Positions 21,377 to 31,537 of a DNA stretch of 64,000 nucleotides are shown here, piece by piece. A program made the position numbers and the translations under genes. The first letter of the stretch is position 1. Each line of letters begins with the position of its first letter. This DNA is from Actinomycetes bacterium. Its GTDB lineage: Bacteria > Actinomycetota > Actinomycetes > Nanopelagicales > Nanopelagicaceae. The notes below the pieces were generated by a model. It was not told the DNA's origin and searched no databases. It saw only the letters and a list, made by a program, of their open reading frames with translations. The stretch spans positions 1,360-65,359 of the forward strand of contig JBAXOT010000008.1 in NCBI GenBank assembly GCA_037133095.1, read 5' to 3'.

Positions 21377-22225
21377 ATGTCGTTAAGAGTTGCAGTTCCT
21401 AATAAGGGTTCACTCTCAGAATCTTCTGCGCTGATGTTAAAAGAAGCCGGCTATCGGCAACGCAGTGACCTGCGCGATTTAACTTTCTATGATCCGGAAA
21501 ACGACGTTGAATTTTATTACTTGCGCCCACGCGATATCGCCATCTACGTTGGTTCGGGCGAGCTCGAAGCAGGAATAACAGGGCGCGATCTCTTGCTCGA
21601 CAGTGGCGCGCAGGCGACTGAGGCTTTGCCCTTAGATTTTGGTCGAAGCACCTTTCGATTTGCGGCGCCCGAGACCAGCGATCTTTCCGAGTCCGATCTT
21701 CAAGGTAAAAGAATTGCGACCGCCTACCCAGGATTGGTCGAACGTTATCTGTCCGAACATTCAATGACCGCGACAGTCGTACGCCTCGATGGCGCGGTAG
21801 AAAGCTCGGTTCGACTTGGTGTTGCAGATGTCATCGCTGATGTCGTCTCTACTGGCGGCACTTTGCGCCAGGCTGGGTTGAAGATTTTTGGCGAGCCATT
21901 GCTGGCCAGCGAAGCTATTTTGATCGAAAGAGTTGGGGCGAACCGTTCGTTGGCGGTTGAAACACTGCTGCGCCGACTAAATGGGGTTGTGATTGCACGC
22001 CAGTATGTCTTGGTTGATTATGACGTGGAGACTGAGCTATTGGCGCGTGCCTGTGCCCTTACCCCGGGAATTGAATCACCGACAATTTCACCCTTGCAAA
22101 AAGCTGGTTGGAGTGCAGTTCGAGCGATGGTCCCACATCGAGAAATTAATCGAATCATGGATGAACTATGGAGTATTGGCGCTCGAGGTATTCTCGTCAC
22201 AGATATTCACGCCTGTCGCCTTTAA
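21377..22225 (+). CDS. hisG: ATP phosphoribosyltransferase (long form)
   Basis: 282 aa starting LRVAVPNKGSL, with the DVVSTGGTL motif and a C-terminal regulatory domain. Confidence 0.94.
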   Translation: MSLRVAVPNKGSLSESSALMLKEAGYRQRSDLRDLTFYDPENDVEFYYLRPRDIAIYVGSGELEAGITGRDLLLDSGAQATEALPLDFGRSTFRFAAPETSDLSESDLQGKRIATAYPGLVERYLSEHSMTATVVRLDGAVESSVRLGVADVIADVVSTGGTLRQAGLKIFGEPLLASEAILIERVGANRSLAVETLLRRLNGVVIARQYVLVDYDVETELLARACALTPGIESPTISPLQKAGWSAVRAMVPHREINRIMDELWSIGARGILVTDIHACRL

Positions 22226-22240
22226 CTCGCAACGGAGCCT

Positions 22241-23473
22241 TTAAAGATCCGCTGCTTCGATTTCTTCTCGAGTTATGCCCATGAGATAGAGAACTGAATC
22301 CAAATACGGACTAGTGAGAGAACTATCTGCTGCTTTTCGTACCGCCGGCTTTGCGTTAAAAGCGATGCCGAGCCCAGCAAGTTCAATCATGTCCAAATCA
22401 TTTGCGCCATCGCCGATGGCAATTGTTTGTGAAATGGGAACACCTTCGGAGAATGCGAAGTCTCGCAGCGCCTGAGCCTTGGCGGCCCGATCGATAACGC
22501 CACCAATTACCTTCCCAGTCAATATGCCATCTGAAATCTCCAATTGATTTGCCCGATAGAAGTCGATATTCAACTCTTCAAGCAATGGTTCGATGACATT
22601 GATAAATCCACCAGAAACCACTCCTACCTTATGTCCAAGCCGATGCAGGGTCCTGATCAAAGTGCGTGCTCCAGGTGTCAGCATCAATTCGGCTAATACT
22701 TCACTCAATGCGTCTTGCGTCAATCCTTCGAGCAAAGCGACTCGAGCAATGAGCGACTGGCTGAAATCAAGTTCACCTCTCATCGCTGATTCGGTGATCG
22801 CAGATACTTGACCACCAACTCCTGCCTTCTCAGCGAGGAGATCGATAACCTCCTGCTGAATGAGAGTGGAGTCCATGTCAAGAAGCACGATTCGCTTGGC
22901 CCGACGGGTGAGACCACCGTTCTCTACGGCTAGGTCAACTCCAGTTTGGATGGCGATTTCTGCAAGTTCTTTTCGCAGTTGGGTAATGAAGGTGGGATCG
23001 GAGCGATTGGCGGCCAATGAAATATCAAACTCTATTGCTGTGAGGGGATAGGAAGCGGTACGTCTGATGCGATCTATGTTTCCACCGGAAAGTGCGATTT
23101 TCCCCGCCACAGCCGCAAGTGCAACAGGCTTGATTCCCTGCGACAACAACACCACATGCAAATGCTGGTGTGCAGCAGGCTGAGGCTCTTCAGTGAGGTC
23201 CACAAAATCAATGGCGATATCAAGTTCAAGATTCTCCGCCAAAGCCACCAGATCTGCTTCGATATAACTGGCATGTGCCGGGTCGAGACTAATCAGCGTG
23301 GTCAGAATAAGCCGTCCTCGAATCACGACTTGTTCGATATCCACCACGGTAATGGCGAAGGGAGAGAGGGCCTGGAAAAGCGCCTCGGTCACGCCCGGCT
23401 TGTCGGCCCCGGAAATCAAAATTAATCCCGTGAAGCCGGCGCCGTTAGTTTTCACAGATTCTTTCTCGCTCAC
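22241..23473 (-). CDS. serB: phosphoserine phosphatase with N-terminal ACT domains (SerB2-like)
   Basis: 410 aa. HAD motifs DMDSTLIQ and GDGANDL, preceded by ~180 aa of ACT-like repeats. Confidence 0.9.
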   Translation of the reverse strand: MSEKESVKTNGAGFTGLILISGADKPGVTEALFQALSPFAITVVDIEQVVIRGRLILTTLISLDPAHASYIEADLVALAENLELDIAIDFVDLTEEPQPAAHQHLHVVLLSQGIKPVALAAVAGKIALSGGNIDRIRRTASYPLTAIEFDISLAANRSDPTFITQLRKELAEIAIQTGVDLAVENGGLTRRAKRIVLLDMDSTLIQQEVIDLLAEKAGVGGQVSAITESAMRGELDFSQSLIARVALLEGLTQDALSEVLAELMLTPGARTLIRTLHRLGHKVGVVSGGFINVIEPLLEELNIDFYRANQLEISDGILTGKVIGGVIDRAAKAQALRDFAFSEGVPISQTIAIGDGANDLDMIELAGLGIAFNAKPAVRKAADSSLTSPYLDSVLYLMGITREEIEAADL

Positions 23474-23522
23474 GAGGGCAGATTAGCGCGGAACCGGCGC
23501 GACACAGGTATCTTTCACTCCT

Positions 23523-24305
23523 ATGACAACTGTGATCTCACTCCAGAATGTCTCGGTTGTGCGAGAAGGTAAAACAATATTGGGACCTCTTTCCTGGGAA
23601 ATGCAGGAAGGGCAGCGATGGGTCATTCTCGGCGCAAATGGGGCCGGCAAATCAACGCTCTTTCATATCGTTTCGACCCAAATTCACCCCTCATCCGGCA
23701 AGGCCACCGTTTTAGGGTGCGAACTGGGGAAAAGTGATGTCTTTGAGCTTCGCCCTCGAATTGGGTTGACCACAAATAATCTCGTGGATTCAATTCCTTA
23801 TACCGAGCGGGTGCTGGACGTGGTGCTAACTGCCGCGTATGCGATTCTGGGCCGATGGAACGAGGAATACGACCTTTGGGATGAATCCAGGGCGATATCC
23901 CTTCTCACGACGTTGGGGGTTCGATCCCTTGGTGATCGACTCTTTGGCAGTCTGAGCGAAGGGGAGAAGAAGCGAGTACTCATCGCCCGGGCAATGATGA
24001 GCAACCCGGAGCTATTGCTCCTGGATGAACCGGCAGCTGGCCTCGATTTAGGCGGTCGCGAAGACTTGCTTAAGCGTTTGGATTTGTTGGCGGCAGATCC
24101 GCTCTCCCCTGCCACCGTCATCGTCACGCACCATATTGAAGAGATTCCATTGGGCACATCCCACGCCCTCCTTTTGGAAAACGGTCTGGCGATTGCAAGT
24201 GGGCCCATCGAGACCGTCGTTACAGATGAGCTGTTGAGCCAGGCCTACGGTATTTCGGTCGCAGTTCACCGCGATGGTGGACGTTTTTTCGCGAAAGCAA
24301 CATGA
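23523..24305 (+). CDS. orphan ABC-type ATPase (no adjacent permease)
   Basis: 260 aa. Walker A GANGAGKST, signature LSEGEKKR, Walker B LLLLDEP. Confidence 0.85.
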   Translation: MTTVISLQNVSVVREGKTILGPLSWEMQEGQRWVILGANGAGKSTLFHIVSTQIHPSSGKATVLGCELGKSDVFELRPRIGLTTNNLVDSIPYTERVLDVVLTAAYAILGRWNEEYDLWDESRAISLLTTLGVRSLGDRLFGSLSEGEKKRVLIARAMMSNPELLLLDEPAAGLDLGGREDLLKRLDLLAADPLSPATVIVTHHIEEIPLGTSHALLLENGLAIASGPIETVVTDELLSQAYGISVAVHRDGGRFFAKAT

Positions 24306-24315
24306 ATTTCAGCCG

Positions 24316-24966
24316 ATGCTTTTTGAGTTACTAACTCCGGAATGGCAATTTCGACTACAAGATTTGCAAAGTTCATTCCTCCAGCTGGAGCAAACGCTGT
24401 TGATGTCGGGGGAGTACTTGCCGCGTTCTGAAGATATTTTTCGGGCTCTGTCACTACCCATATCAACCGCCAAAGTAGTAATTCTCGGACAAGACCCTTA
24501 CCCAAATCCTGATTTTGCTTGTGGTTTAGCCTTCTCTGTTCCTGAGGGATGCCAAAAAATTCCGGCTAGCCTTCGAAATATTGTTCGGGAAGTTGAATCT
24601 GACCTGGGGCGCTCGATGCCGAAAGGCGGGGATCTCAGTTCCTGGGAAGGACAAGGGGTGGTCCTGCTTAATCGCACTCTGACAACTTCTGTCTGGCGCA
24701 GTGATGCCCATCGTTCGATTGGTTGGGAGCCGATTACCCGACGAGTAATGCAGGTTTTCGCGGAGAATGGTGCGCTCGGAATATTGTGGGGGAAACAAGC
24801 TGCGAGTCTGTCTCAACTCTTCATTGAAGGCGACTACTTAACCAGCGCCCATCCAAGTCCGCTCTCGGCTCATCGTGGTTTCTTTGGCAGCAAACCTTTT
24901 TCTTGGGCGAACAATCGATTGATCGAACAAGGGAAAAGTCCTATTGCATGGACCGCCCAAGACTAA
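24316..24966 (+). CDS. ung: uracil-DNA glycosylase (family 1)
   Basis: Track ORF is 24274..24966. The ATG at 24316 clears the ABC gene. Motifs GQDPYP and HPSPLSA. Confidence 0.93.
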   Translation: MLFELLTPEWQFRLQDLQSSFLQLEQTLLMSGEYLPRSEDIFRALSLPISTAKVVILGQDPYPNPDFACGLAFSVPEGCQKIPASLRNIVREVESDLGRSMPKGGDLSSWEGQGVVLLNRTLTTSVWRSDAHRSIGWEPITRRVMQVFAENGALGILWGKQAASLSQLFIEGDYLTSAHPSPLSAHRGFFGSKPFSWANNRLIEQGKSPIAWTAQD

Positions 24967-25664
24967 AGTCCGTCTTCTTTGTGCTTGGGCGCCAAATGTT
25001 TTACGAGGGTCAATGAGAGCGCTATTGAATTGCCAATAAGCAATGCGAATAACGCCGTACCGATTCCCAGCCGTCCACCTAAAGCTCTGCCAATGAGTAA
25101 CGCTGAAATCTCAATAGCGAGTCGAACTCGACCAATCCGGATTCCAGTTCGTTTATGAAGCGCAGTCATTAATCCGTCTCTTGGTCCTGGTCCTAGGCCG
25201 CAAGTGATGTAGAGAGCCGAGCCAATCCCGACCAGGGCAATCCCAACGAGAACATAAAGCACTTGATCAGCAAAGAACTTCGGGGCGACCGGAAATATCC
25301 ACGTACCAATTTGGATGGCTAAAGCAATAATGATCAAATTAGAGATAGTCCCGAATCCGGGACGTTCGCGAAGTGGAATCCAGAGAAGTAAAACCAGTCC
25401 GCTGATAAGGAAGGTGGCTGCGCCAATAGATAAAGGCGAATGGAAGGAAATTCCTTGGGCAAGAACAGACCACGGCGCATTCCCAATATGCGATTGAATA
25501 AGTAAAGCGTCACCAAGTCCAAATATTGTGAGTCCGAAAAAAAGGATCGCAACGCGTTGCCCATTAAGTGACCATTTGGAATGCGCAGTCCAGGACATCC
25601 TTGGAATAGTTCGTGAGGGTCGGATGAGGGAAATGATGGTCCGAACTGATTTTTGTTCACTCAC
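24963..25664 (-). CDS. YczE-like integral membrane protein
   Basis: 233 aa with about 6 TM segments; the pattern FGLGDALLIQSHIGNAPWSVL is typical of the YczE/DUF6198 family. The true start may be M23 (25598). Confidence 0.65.
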   Translation of the reverse strand: MSEQKSVRTIISLIRPSRTIPRMSWTAHSKWSLNGQRVAILFFGLTIFGLGDALLIQSHIGNAPWSVLAQGISFHSPLSIGAATFLISGLVLLLWIPLRERPGFGTISNLIIIALAIQIGTWIFPVAPKFFADQVLYVLVGIALVGIGSALYITCGLGPGPRDGLMTALHKRTGIRIGRVRLAIEISALLIGRALGGRLGIGTALFALLIGNSIALSLTLVKHLAPKHKEDGL

Positions 25665-25679
25665 TGTTAGAGTCTAACC

Positions 25680-26543
25680 ATGCATTTCTCATATCTGCAG
25701 GCAATAGTCACCGGGCTCATCCAAGGCATAACCGAGCTTTTCCCGGTCTCAAGTTTAGGTCACGCAGTTCTTGTCCCAGCGTGGGTCGGAGGCTCGTGGA
25801 AAGCATTCTCCACTTCTTCTCTCTATTTGCTGGTTGCGGTTGCGTTGCATTTGGCCAGCGCGATTGCCCTCTTTCTGGTCTTTAGGAAGAGGTGGCTGGA
25901 GATTCTCGCGGGAGCACTAAAGGGAATTAAGCGACGAAATTTTCGCAAAGTTGAGTTGCGAGTGCTCTGGCTCATTGTTGTGGCCACCATTCCAGTAGCC
26001 CTAGCCGGATATTTATTTGGCGATTTCTTTCAGAGAATTTTCGCGAAGCCAATTGGCTCGGCAATATTTCTCACGTTCAATGGCTTAATTCTCCTTGGTG
26101 CCGAGCGATTGACCAGACGACGGAACCACGCCGTGATGGAAGAGAACCTAGCCATTGCTACCAGAGTTTCTACAGGCCAGGCGTTGGTCATCGGAGTCGG
26201 TCAGAGTGCGGCTCTCTTCGCGGGCATTAGCCGATTCGGTATCTCTATGAGCTTTGGCATGTTGCGAGGTTTAAGCCGAACCGTCGCGGCAGACTTCGCT
26301 TTTCTCCTAGCCTTTCCAGTGATTCTAGGTGCCGCGGTTTCCAAACTGCCAAAACTGGCACATGGTGATCTCTCTGGTCTATGGGGACCAGTTTTTGCCG
26401 GATGCGTGGTCTCTTTTATTGCGACTTATTTCAGCGTCAAATTCTTAGTACGCTGGTTTAAGACAAATACTCTGGTGCCATTCGCCATCTATTGCATGTT
26501 CTTCGGCTTACTCTCCGTTCTGCGATTTGGCCTCTTTAACTAA
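25680..26543 (+). CDS. uppP: undecaprenyl-diphosphate phosphatase
   Basis: 287 aa with the BacA motif GITELFPVSSLGH. Confidence 0.93.
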   Translation: MHFSYLQAIVTGLIQGITELFPVSSLGHAVLVPAWVGGSWKAFSTSSLYLLVAVALHLASAIALFLVFRKRWLEILAGALKGIKRRNFRKVELRVLWLIVVATIPVALAGYLFGDFFQRIFAKPIGSAIFLTFNGLILLGAERLTRRRNHAVMEENLAIATRVSTGQALVIGVGQSAALFAGISRFGISMSFGMLRGLSRTVAADFAFLLAFPVILGAAVSKLPKLAHGDLSGLWGPVFAGCVVSFIATYFSVKFLVRWFKTNTLVPFAIYCMFFGLLSVLRFGLFN

Positions 26544-27277
26544 TGCTGATTGGACTGGGAACGGCTGTAAATATTGTTGCTATAGCCGCCGGTACAACCG
26601 CAGGTGTATTTGCTGGTTCTCGTTTCGCAGTTAAGAGTCGGGAGTTAATAACGGATGTTCTCGGATTTATAGTCGTCCTTGCGGCTGCTGATGCCGTCAA
26701 AGCGATGTGGGATACTGCTTTTGTTTCCAGCTTGCCTCGTGGGTGGCCACTGTTATCGACGCTCTTCACACTGTTGGTGGGTGGCCTTATTGGAAGTTGG
26801 TTTCGTCTTGAAGACCGGCTCAATTCTTTCGGGATCTTTTTACGTGCCAAGTTTGGTCAGTCTTCCCACCCTCATTTTGTCGAGGGCTTTGTTGCCTCAT
26901 CCCTCTTGTTCGCTATCGGACCGCTGGCGATTCTAGGCAGCATTCAAGATGGAATGGGCCTCGGACAAGAGCAGTTGTTTCTGAAAAGTACTTTAGATTT
27001 TTTCGCTGCCATGGCTTTCGCTGCAAGTTTGGGGTGGGGCGTCATTGCCTCAATAATCCCAGTGGCCTTGTACCAGTGGAGCTGGACAGGAATTGGGTAT
27101 GGTCTAGGAAATATTCTTGCTGGCTATCAGATTCAATCGATGACTGTAGTTGGTGGTGTCTTGCTCATGGGCATCAGTCTTCGGCTGTTGAAAGTGAAGG
27201 AAGTGGCGGTTGGCAACTTACTGCCAGCGCTATTTCTAGCACCGGCAGTCGTCCTGCTTGCCCATAACTTTGTTTAG
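26543..27277 (+). CDS. DUF554-family membrane protein
   Basis: 244 aa. N-terminus MLIGLGTAVNIVAIAAGT is typical of DUF554 (YdfK/YqgA-like). TAATG overlap with uppP. Confidence 0.7.
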   Translation: MLIGLGTAVNIVAIAAGTTAGVFAGSRFAVKSRELITDVLGFIVVLAAADAVKAMWDTAFVSSLPRGWPLLSTLFTLLVGGLIGSWFRLEDRLNSFGIFLRAKFGQSSHPHFVEGFVASSLLFAIGPLAILGSIQDGMGLGQEQLFLKSTLDFFAAMAFAASLGWGVIASIIPVALYQWSWTGIGYGLGNILAGYQIQSMTVVGGVLLMGISLRLLKVKEVAVGNLLPALFLAPAVVLLAHNFV

Positions 27278-28314
27278 AAAGTCGTAGCATCAATCACGAA
27301 GCGATACTTAACGTCCGAAGCAACAGTTCGTATGTACGCTTCATTTATGTAGTCAGAGTTAATAACTTCTACATCGCTTGTTATGTTGTGCTCTCCGCAA
27401 AAATCCAACATCTCCTGAAGTTGAGGTATGCCGCCAATCATTGATCCGGCGAGAGATCGTCGCTTGGATAGAAGAGAACCCGCGTTGATTGCATAAGGCT
27501 TTCCGGGAAGGCCAATGACAACAAGAGTGGAATCCACCTTGAGCAGGCGAAGGTAATCTTCGAGATCGATATCTGCAGAAACGGTGTTTAAAATAAGATC
27601 GAAATCGGAGGTTAAAGAACGCAGATTCTCCAGGTCGTTTGTGGCGACAAAATCGTCGGCACCCATCGAGCGAGCATCTGATTCCTTGGCCGGCGTGTGT
27701 GAAAAAACGGTCGTGTGAGCGCCGAGAGCTTTGGAAAATTTAACGCCCATGTGGCCGAGTCCACCAAGACCAATTATCCCTACTTTCTTACCAGGACCTG
27801 CGTTCCAGTTCTTCAAGGGCGAGTACAACGTGATTCCAGCACACATAAGAGGTGCGACCCCTTCAAGCGCCAAATTACCAGGAACCTTGACGGCATAATC
27901 GGATTTAATAACGAAGTTGTTGCTGTATCCACCGAAAGCAATCGTGGTGCCATCTCGCTCGTAACCGTTATAGGTACCAGTCATGCCTTGGGCACAATAC
28001 TGCTGCAGTCCCGCTTGGCATTGTTCGCAGTCGCCGCAAGAGTCGATAAAGACCCCTACGCCAATCAAGTCACCGATGGCGAACTTCGTCACTGCGGAAC
28101 CAATTGCGGTCACCCGTCCGACAATTTCATGTCCTGGCACCATGGGGAAAAGTGCTGGGCCCCACTCCTCGCGAACTTGATGAATATCGCTGTGGCAGAT
28201 TCCAGCATAGGAGACATCTAAAGCCACATCAGTAGGGCTAAGTTCGCGACGATCACATTCATAAGGCTCGAGATCGCTACCCGAAGCTAGAACACCAAAT
28301 CCACGTGAGCGCAT
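27274..28314 (-). CDS. adhC: NADP-dependent zinc alcohol dehydrogenase (AdhC/YahK, cinnamyl-ADH family)
   Basis: 346 aa with GICHSDIH, a structural-zinc Cys cluster (CGDCEQCQ) and GLGGLGHMG. Close to mycobacterial AdhC from memory. Confidence 0.88.
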   Translation of the reverse strand: MRSRGFGVLASGSDLEPYECDRRELSPTDVALDVSYAGICHSDIHQVREEWGPALFPMVPGHEIVGRVTAIGSAVTKFAIGDLIGVGVFIDSCGDCEQCQAGLQQYCAQGMTGTYNGYERDGTTIAFGGYSNNFVIKSDYAVKVPGNLALEGVAPLMCAGITLYSPLKNWNAGPGKKVGIIGLGGLGHMGVKFSKALGAHTTVFSHTPAKESDARSMGADDFVATNDLENLRSLTSDFDLILNTVSADIDLEDYLRLLKVDSTLVVIGLPGKPYAINAGSLLSKRRSLAGSMIGGIPQLQEMLDFCGEHNITSDVEVINSDYINEAYIRTVASDVKYRFVIDATTF

Positions 28315-28354
28315 ATAAATTCCTTTTTTCTCAATGATTGTTTGAACTGTGAAA

Positions 28355-28996
28355 TCAATTCTCGCGAAATGGCAGCGGTTCGTATCCTGCGCTTTGCGAG
28401 GCTCGTGATGTTACACGCCTCATATGATGTCGGCGACACAGAACTTCATACGCCACCTCATGAACAGATGAGACATCTCCCACGACAACTTGTTCCCCCT
28501 GTGTGACCATGACGCCACCTACGGTCCGCGCGTTATGGGTTGCTCGCGCACCACACCAGCAGAGCGCCTCGACTTGCAACGTTTGGACGCGGTCGGCCAA
28601 CTCAACTAATCGGGCAGAACCGGGAAAGAGAGCGGTTCGAAAATCAGTGAGAATTCCAAAGGCAAAAACATCGATGCTCAATCCATCGACAATCTTCGCC
28701 AACTCTTCAATTTGTGAGGCGGTGTAGAACTGTGCCTCATCGCAAATCACAAAATCGATCCGCTGACCGTGAGAGAGTTTTTCCACTACAAACTTGTGTA
28801 AATCTAAATCACTATCAACCTCGATTGCCTCACTTTGAAGTCCCAAGCGCGAGGAGATGAGCCCCCGCCCAGCGCGATCACGATTGGTGAAAATGAGGCC
28901 TTGGCGACCACGACTTTGGTGGTTATGAGCGGTTTGAAGGGCGAGGGTCGATTTACCGCTGTCCATAGTTCCGCAGTAATAGATCAACTCAGCCAT
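28355..28996 (-). CDS. tdk: thymidine kinase
   Basis: 213 aa. P-loop GTMDSGKST and C-terminal zinc-ribbon cysteines. Confidence 0.93.
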   Translation of the reverse strand: MAELIYYCGTMDSGKSTLALQTAHNHQSRGRQGLIFTNRDRAGRGLISSRLGLQSEAIEVDSDLDLHKFVVEKLSHGQRIDFVICDEAQFYTASQIEELAKIVDGLSIDVFAFGILTDFRTALFPGSARLVELADRVQTLQVEALCWCGARATHNARTVGGVMVTQGEQVVVGDVSSVHEVAYEVLCRRHHMRRVTSRASQSAGYEPLPFREN

Positions 28997-29042
28997 AAAG
29001 TCATCCTGCCATATGCCAATGGAACGAGAATCAATCTTGTGA

Positions 29043-29129
29043 TGGTGTCCGAGAAGGGAGTTGAACCCTCAATCCCTTTCGGGAACTAGCACCTCAAGCT
29101 AGCGCGTCTGCCAATTCCGCCACCCGGAC
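29043..29129 (-). tRNA. tRNA-Leu (anticodon GAG), CCA encoded
   Basis: Reverse complement is GTCCGGGTGGCGGAATTGGCAGACGCGCTAGCTTGAGGTGCTAGT..long variable arm..GGGTTCAACTCCCTTCTCGGACACCA. 7-bp acceptor stem; anticodon loop TTGAGGT. Confidence 0.9.
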
Positions 29130-29221
29130 GAGTGAGAAAGGTGAACGGCAGAGGATACCAATTTCGCACTCACAAAGGAAAACCGAGCGAAAAGTCGGCT
29201 TCACTACGGCACAATTGGGCC

Positions 29222-30535
29222 ATGACCTCACTTGATTACACCATGGCCGAAGATGACTGCATTTCGCTCTGCCAGGAGATGATTCGGATTCCCAGCGTCA
29301 ATTACGGCGAGGGCAAAGGCGACGAGCGGGCGATGGCTGAATACGTCGCAGCAAAATTGCTGGACGTCGGCATTTCCAGCGAACTGATTGAGAGTGCGCC
29401 TAATCGAGTAAATGTTGTCGCGCGGATTGCTGGTTCAGATCCGACTAGACCTGGGCTAGTAATTCATGGCCACCTAGATGTAGTTCCAGCGAACGCCGCA
29501 GATTGGAGCGTCGATCCATTTGCCGGCGAAATCAAAGATGGATTCATTTGGGGCCGGGGCGCCGTTGATATGAAGAATATGGATGCGATGATTTTGGCGA
29601 CCGTACGATCGTGGGCGCGAACCGGGTATTTGCCTCCTCGCAATATTCTCTTGGTTTTTTTCGCCGACGAAGAAGCAGGCAGCGTCTTTGGATCACGGTG
29701 GTTGGTGAAACACCGGCCCGAATTGTTTGACGGATATTCTGAGGCGATTTCCGAGGTGGGCGGCTTTTCAGTCACCATCACTGGCGGTCATCGGCTCTAT
29801 TTAATCGAGGGCGCCCAAAAGGGGATTCGCTGGATGAAACTCACGGCGAAAGGAGATGCTGGCCACGGGTCATTTATTAATAACTCCAACGCTGTCACCA
29901 AATTAGGCGAAGCTATTGCTCGCATTGGTTCGTACGAATGGCCACAACGGGAAACTAAAATTGGTGGCATATTTTTCCGCAAGATTGCTGAATTGACGGG
30001 CGAAGTTTACGACCCTGCCAATGTTCGGCCACTACTTCGACACATTGGAACTGCGGCCAGGATGCTCGGCGCAACTATTCAAAATACCGCCAACCCGACC
30101 ATGTTGGAGGCTGGCTACAAGGCGAATGTCATCCCTCAGACTGCGAGCGCCGTCGTCGATGGCCGTTTTTTACCTGGCTTTGAGGATGAACTCGTCGCCA
30201 CCATCAAAGAATTGGCGGGTCCCGACGTTGATATCGAGCTGCTCGTTCACGACATTTCGCTCGAAGTAGATTTCGTTGGCCCATTAGTTGATGCCATGCG
30301 CAATGCGATCTTGGCTGAGGATCCGCACGGAATCCCAGTGCCGTATGTCATGAGTGGCGGTACGGATAACAAGGCGCTTTCCGAATTGGGAATCGTCGGC
30401 TATGGATTCAGCCCGGTGAAGCTTCCTGAGGATGTCGATTTCTTTCCCATGTTCCACGGAGTTGATGAACGAGTGCCTATCGACGGTCTTAAATTCGGCA
30501 TCCGGGTCTTAGATCGAGCGCTGCGAAACTCTTAA
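29222..30535 (+). CDS. M20-family metallopeptidase / dipeptidase
   Basis: Track ORF is 29132..30535, whose 5' part abuts the tRNA. The ATG at 29222 is preferred. Motifs HGHLDVVP and FFADEE. Confidence 0.85.
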   Translation: MTSLDYTMAEDDCISLCQEMIRIPSVNYGEGKGDERAMAEYVAAKLLDVGISSELIESAPNRVNVVARIAGSDPTRPGLVIHGHLDVVPANAADWSVDPFAGEIKDGFIWGRGAVDMKNMDAMILATVRSWARTGYLPPRNILLVFFADEEAGSVFGSRWLVKHRPELFDGYSEAISEVGGFSVTITGGHRLYLIEGAQKGIRWMKLTAKGDAGHGSFINNSNAVTKLGEAIARIGSYEWPQRETKIGGIFFRKIAELTGEVYDPANVRPLLRHIGTAARMLGATIQNTANPTMLEAGYKANVIPQTASAVVDGRFLPGFEDELVATIKELAGPDVDIELLVHDISLEVDFVGPLVDAMRNAILAEDPHGIPVPYVMSGGTDNKALSELGIVGYGFSPVKLPEDVDFFPMFHGVDERVPIDGLKFGIRVLDRALRNS

Positions 30536-30543
30536 GGATTTAG

Positions 30544-31488
30544 CTAAGCCGAGATTTCATTGAGAGCTTCCCGTACTTGCTCTGGTAGAACTATCTCTTC
30601 AACCGTGAGAATCCCGCGCAACTGTGCGCCGGTTCTCGCGCCCACTATTGCGCTACTGACTCCCGGACTGTCTCTTACCCACGAGAGTGCAACTTCAATG
30701 GGTGAATAACCGAGCCCATCGGCCGCGACGCAGACCGCATCCACAATGGATCTCGATTTTGAAGTCATATATGGTGAAACGAAGGCGGAGAAATGGGGAC
30801 TCGCCCCGCGTGAATCAGACGGAACGCCGTTGCGATATTTGCCGGTGAGTACTCCGCGACCAATAGGCGACCAAGCTAAGAATCCCGCACCCACAGAAGA
30901 TGTGGCGGGAAGGAGCTCATCCTCGACCGATCTGTTAAGTAACGAATACTCAGACTGTGCACTCACGATTGTGGCTTTTCCGAAGAGCGGGTTTTGCAGG
31001 GTAGCCGCGCGGGCGAGTTGCCAAGCCGCGAAGTTGGAAACTCCAACATATCTGACTTTGCCCGAACTCACCGCAAAGTCCAAAGCCGAAAGCGTCTCGT
31101 CCAACGCAACGGTGTTATCCCAGGCATGTATTTGCCACAAATCAAGGTAATCAACACCCAGTCGGCTGAGCGAATTATCTAGATCCGCGATCAAACTTCC
31201 GCGGGAATTATTCACCTGGCGAACACCAGCGTTGATGGAGATTCCAGCCTTGCTAGCGATGATTACTTCATCTCGTTGCACCAAACTACCAATAAACCCA
31301 CCAAGTACTCGCTCGCTATCCCCGTCGCCGTATATCGCGGCCGTGTCAATGAAGTTGCCACCAAGATCGACAAACGAGCGGAGTTGTTCCGCAGCTTCAT
31401 GTTCGTCAGTGTCCCGACCCCACGTCATGGTGCCGAGTCCCAACCTCGAAACCGAAAGCCCTGAGTTGCCGAGTTGTCGGAGTTCCAT
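30544..31488 (-). CDS. aldo/keto reductase
   Basis: Track ORF is 30544..31539. M18 (31488) gives the canonical MELRQLGNSGLSVSRLGLGT start. Confidence 0.88.
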   Translation of the reverse strand: MELRQLGNSGLSVSRLGLGTMTWGRDTDEHEAAEQLRSFVDLGGNFIDTAAIYGDGDSERVLGGFIGSLVQRDEVIIASKAGISINAGVRQVNNSRGSLIADLDNSLSRLGVDYLDLWQIHAWDNTVALDETLSALDFAVSSGKVRYVGVSNFAAWQLARAATLQNPLFGKATIVSAQSEYSLLNRSVEDELLPATSSVGAGFLAWSPIGRGVLTGKYRNGVPSDSRGASPHFSAFVSPYMTSKSRSIVDAVCVAADGLGYSPIEVALSWVRDSPGVSSAIVGARTGAQLRGILTVEEIVLPEQVREALNEISA

Positions 31489-31537
31489 AGTGGCGACACT
31501 AGCAATACCTCGCACATTTAGTCGGTAACCTTGCCCC

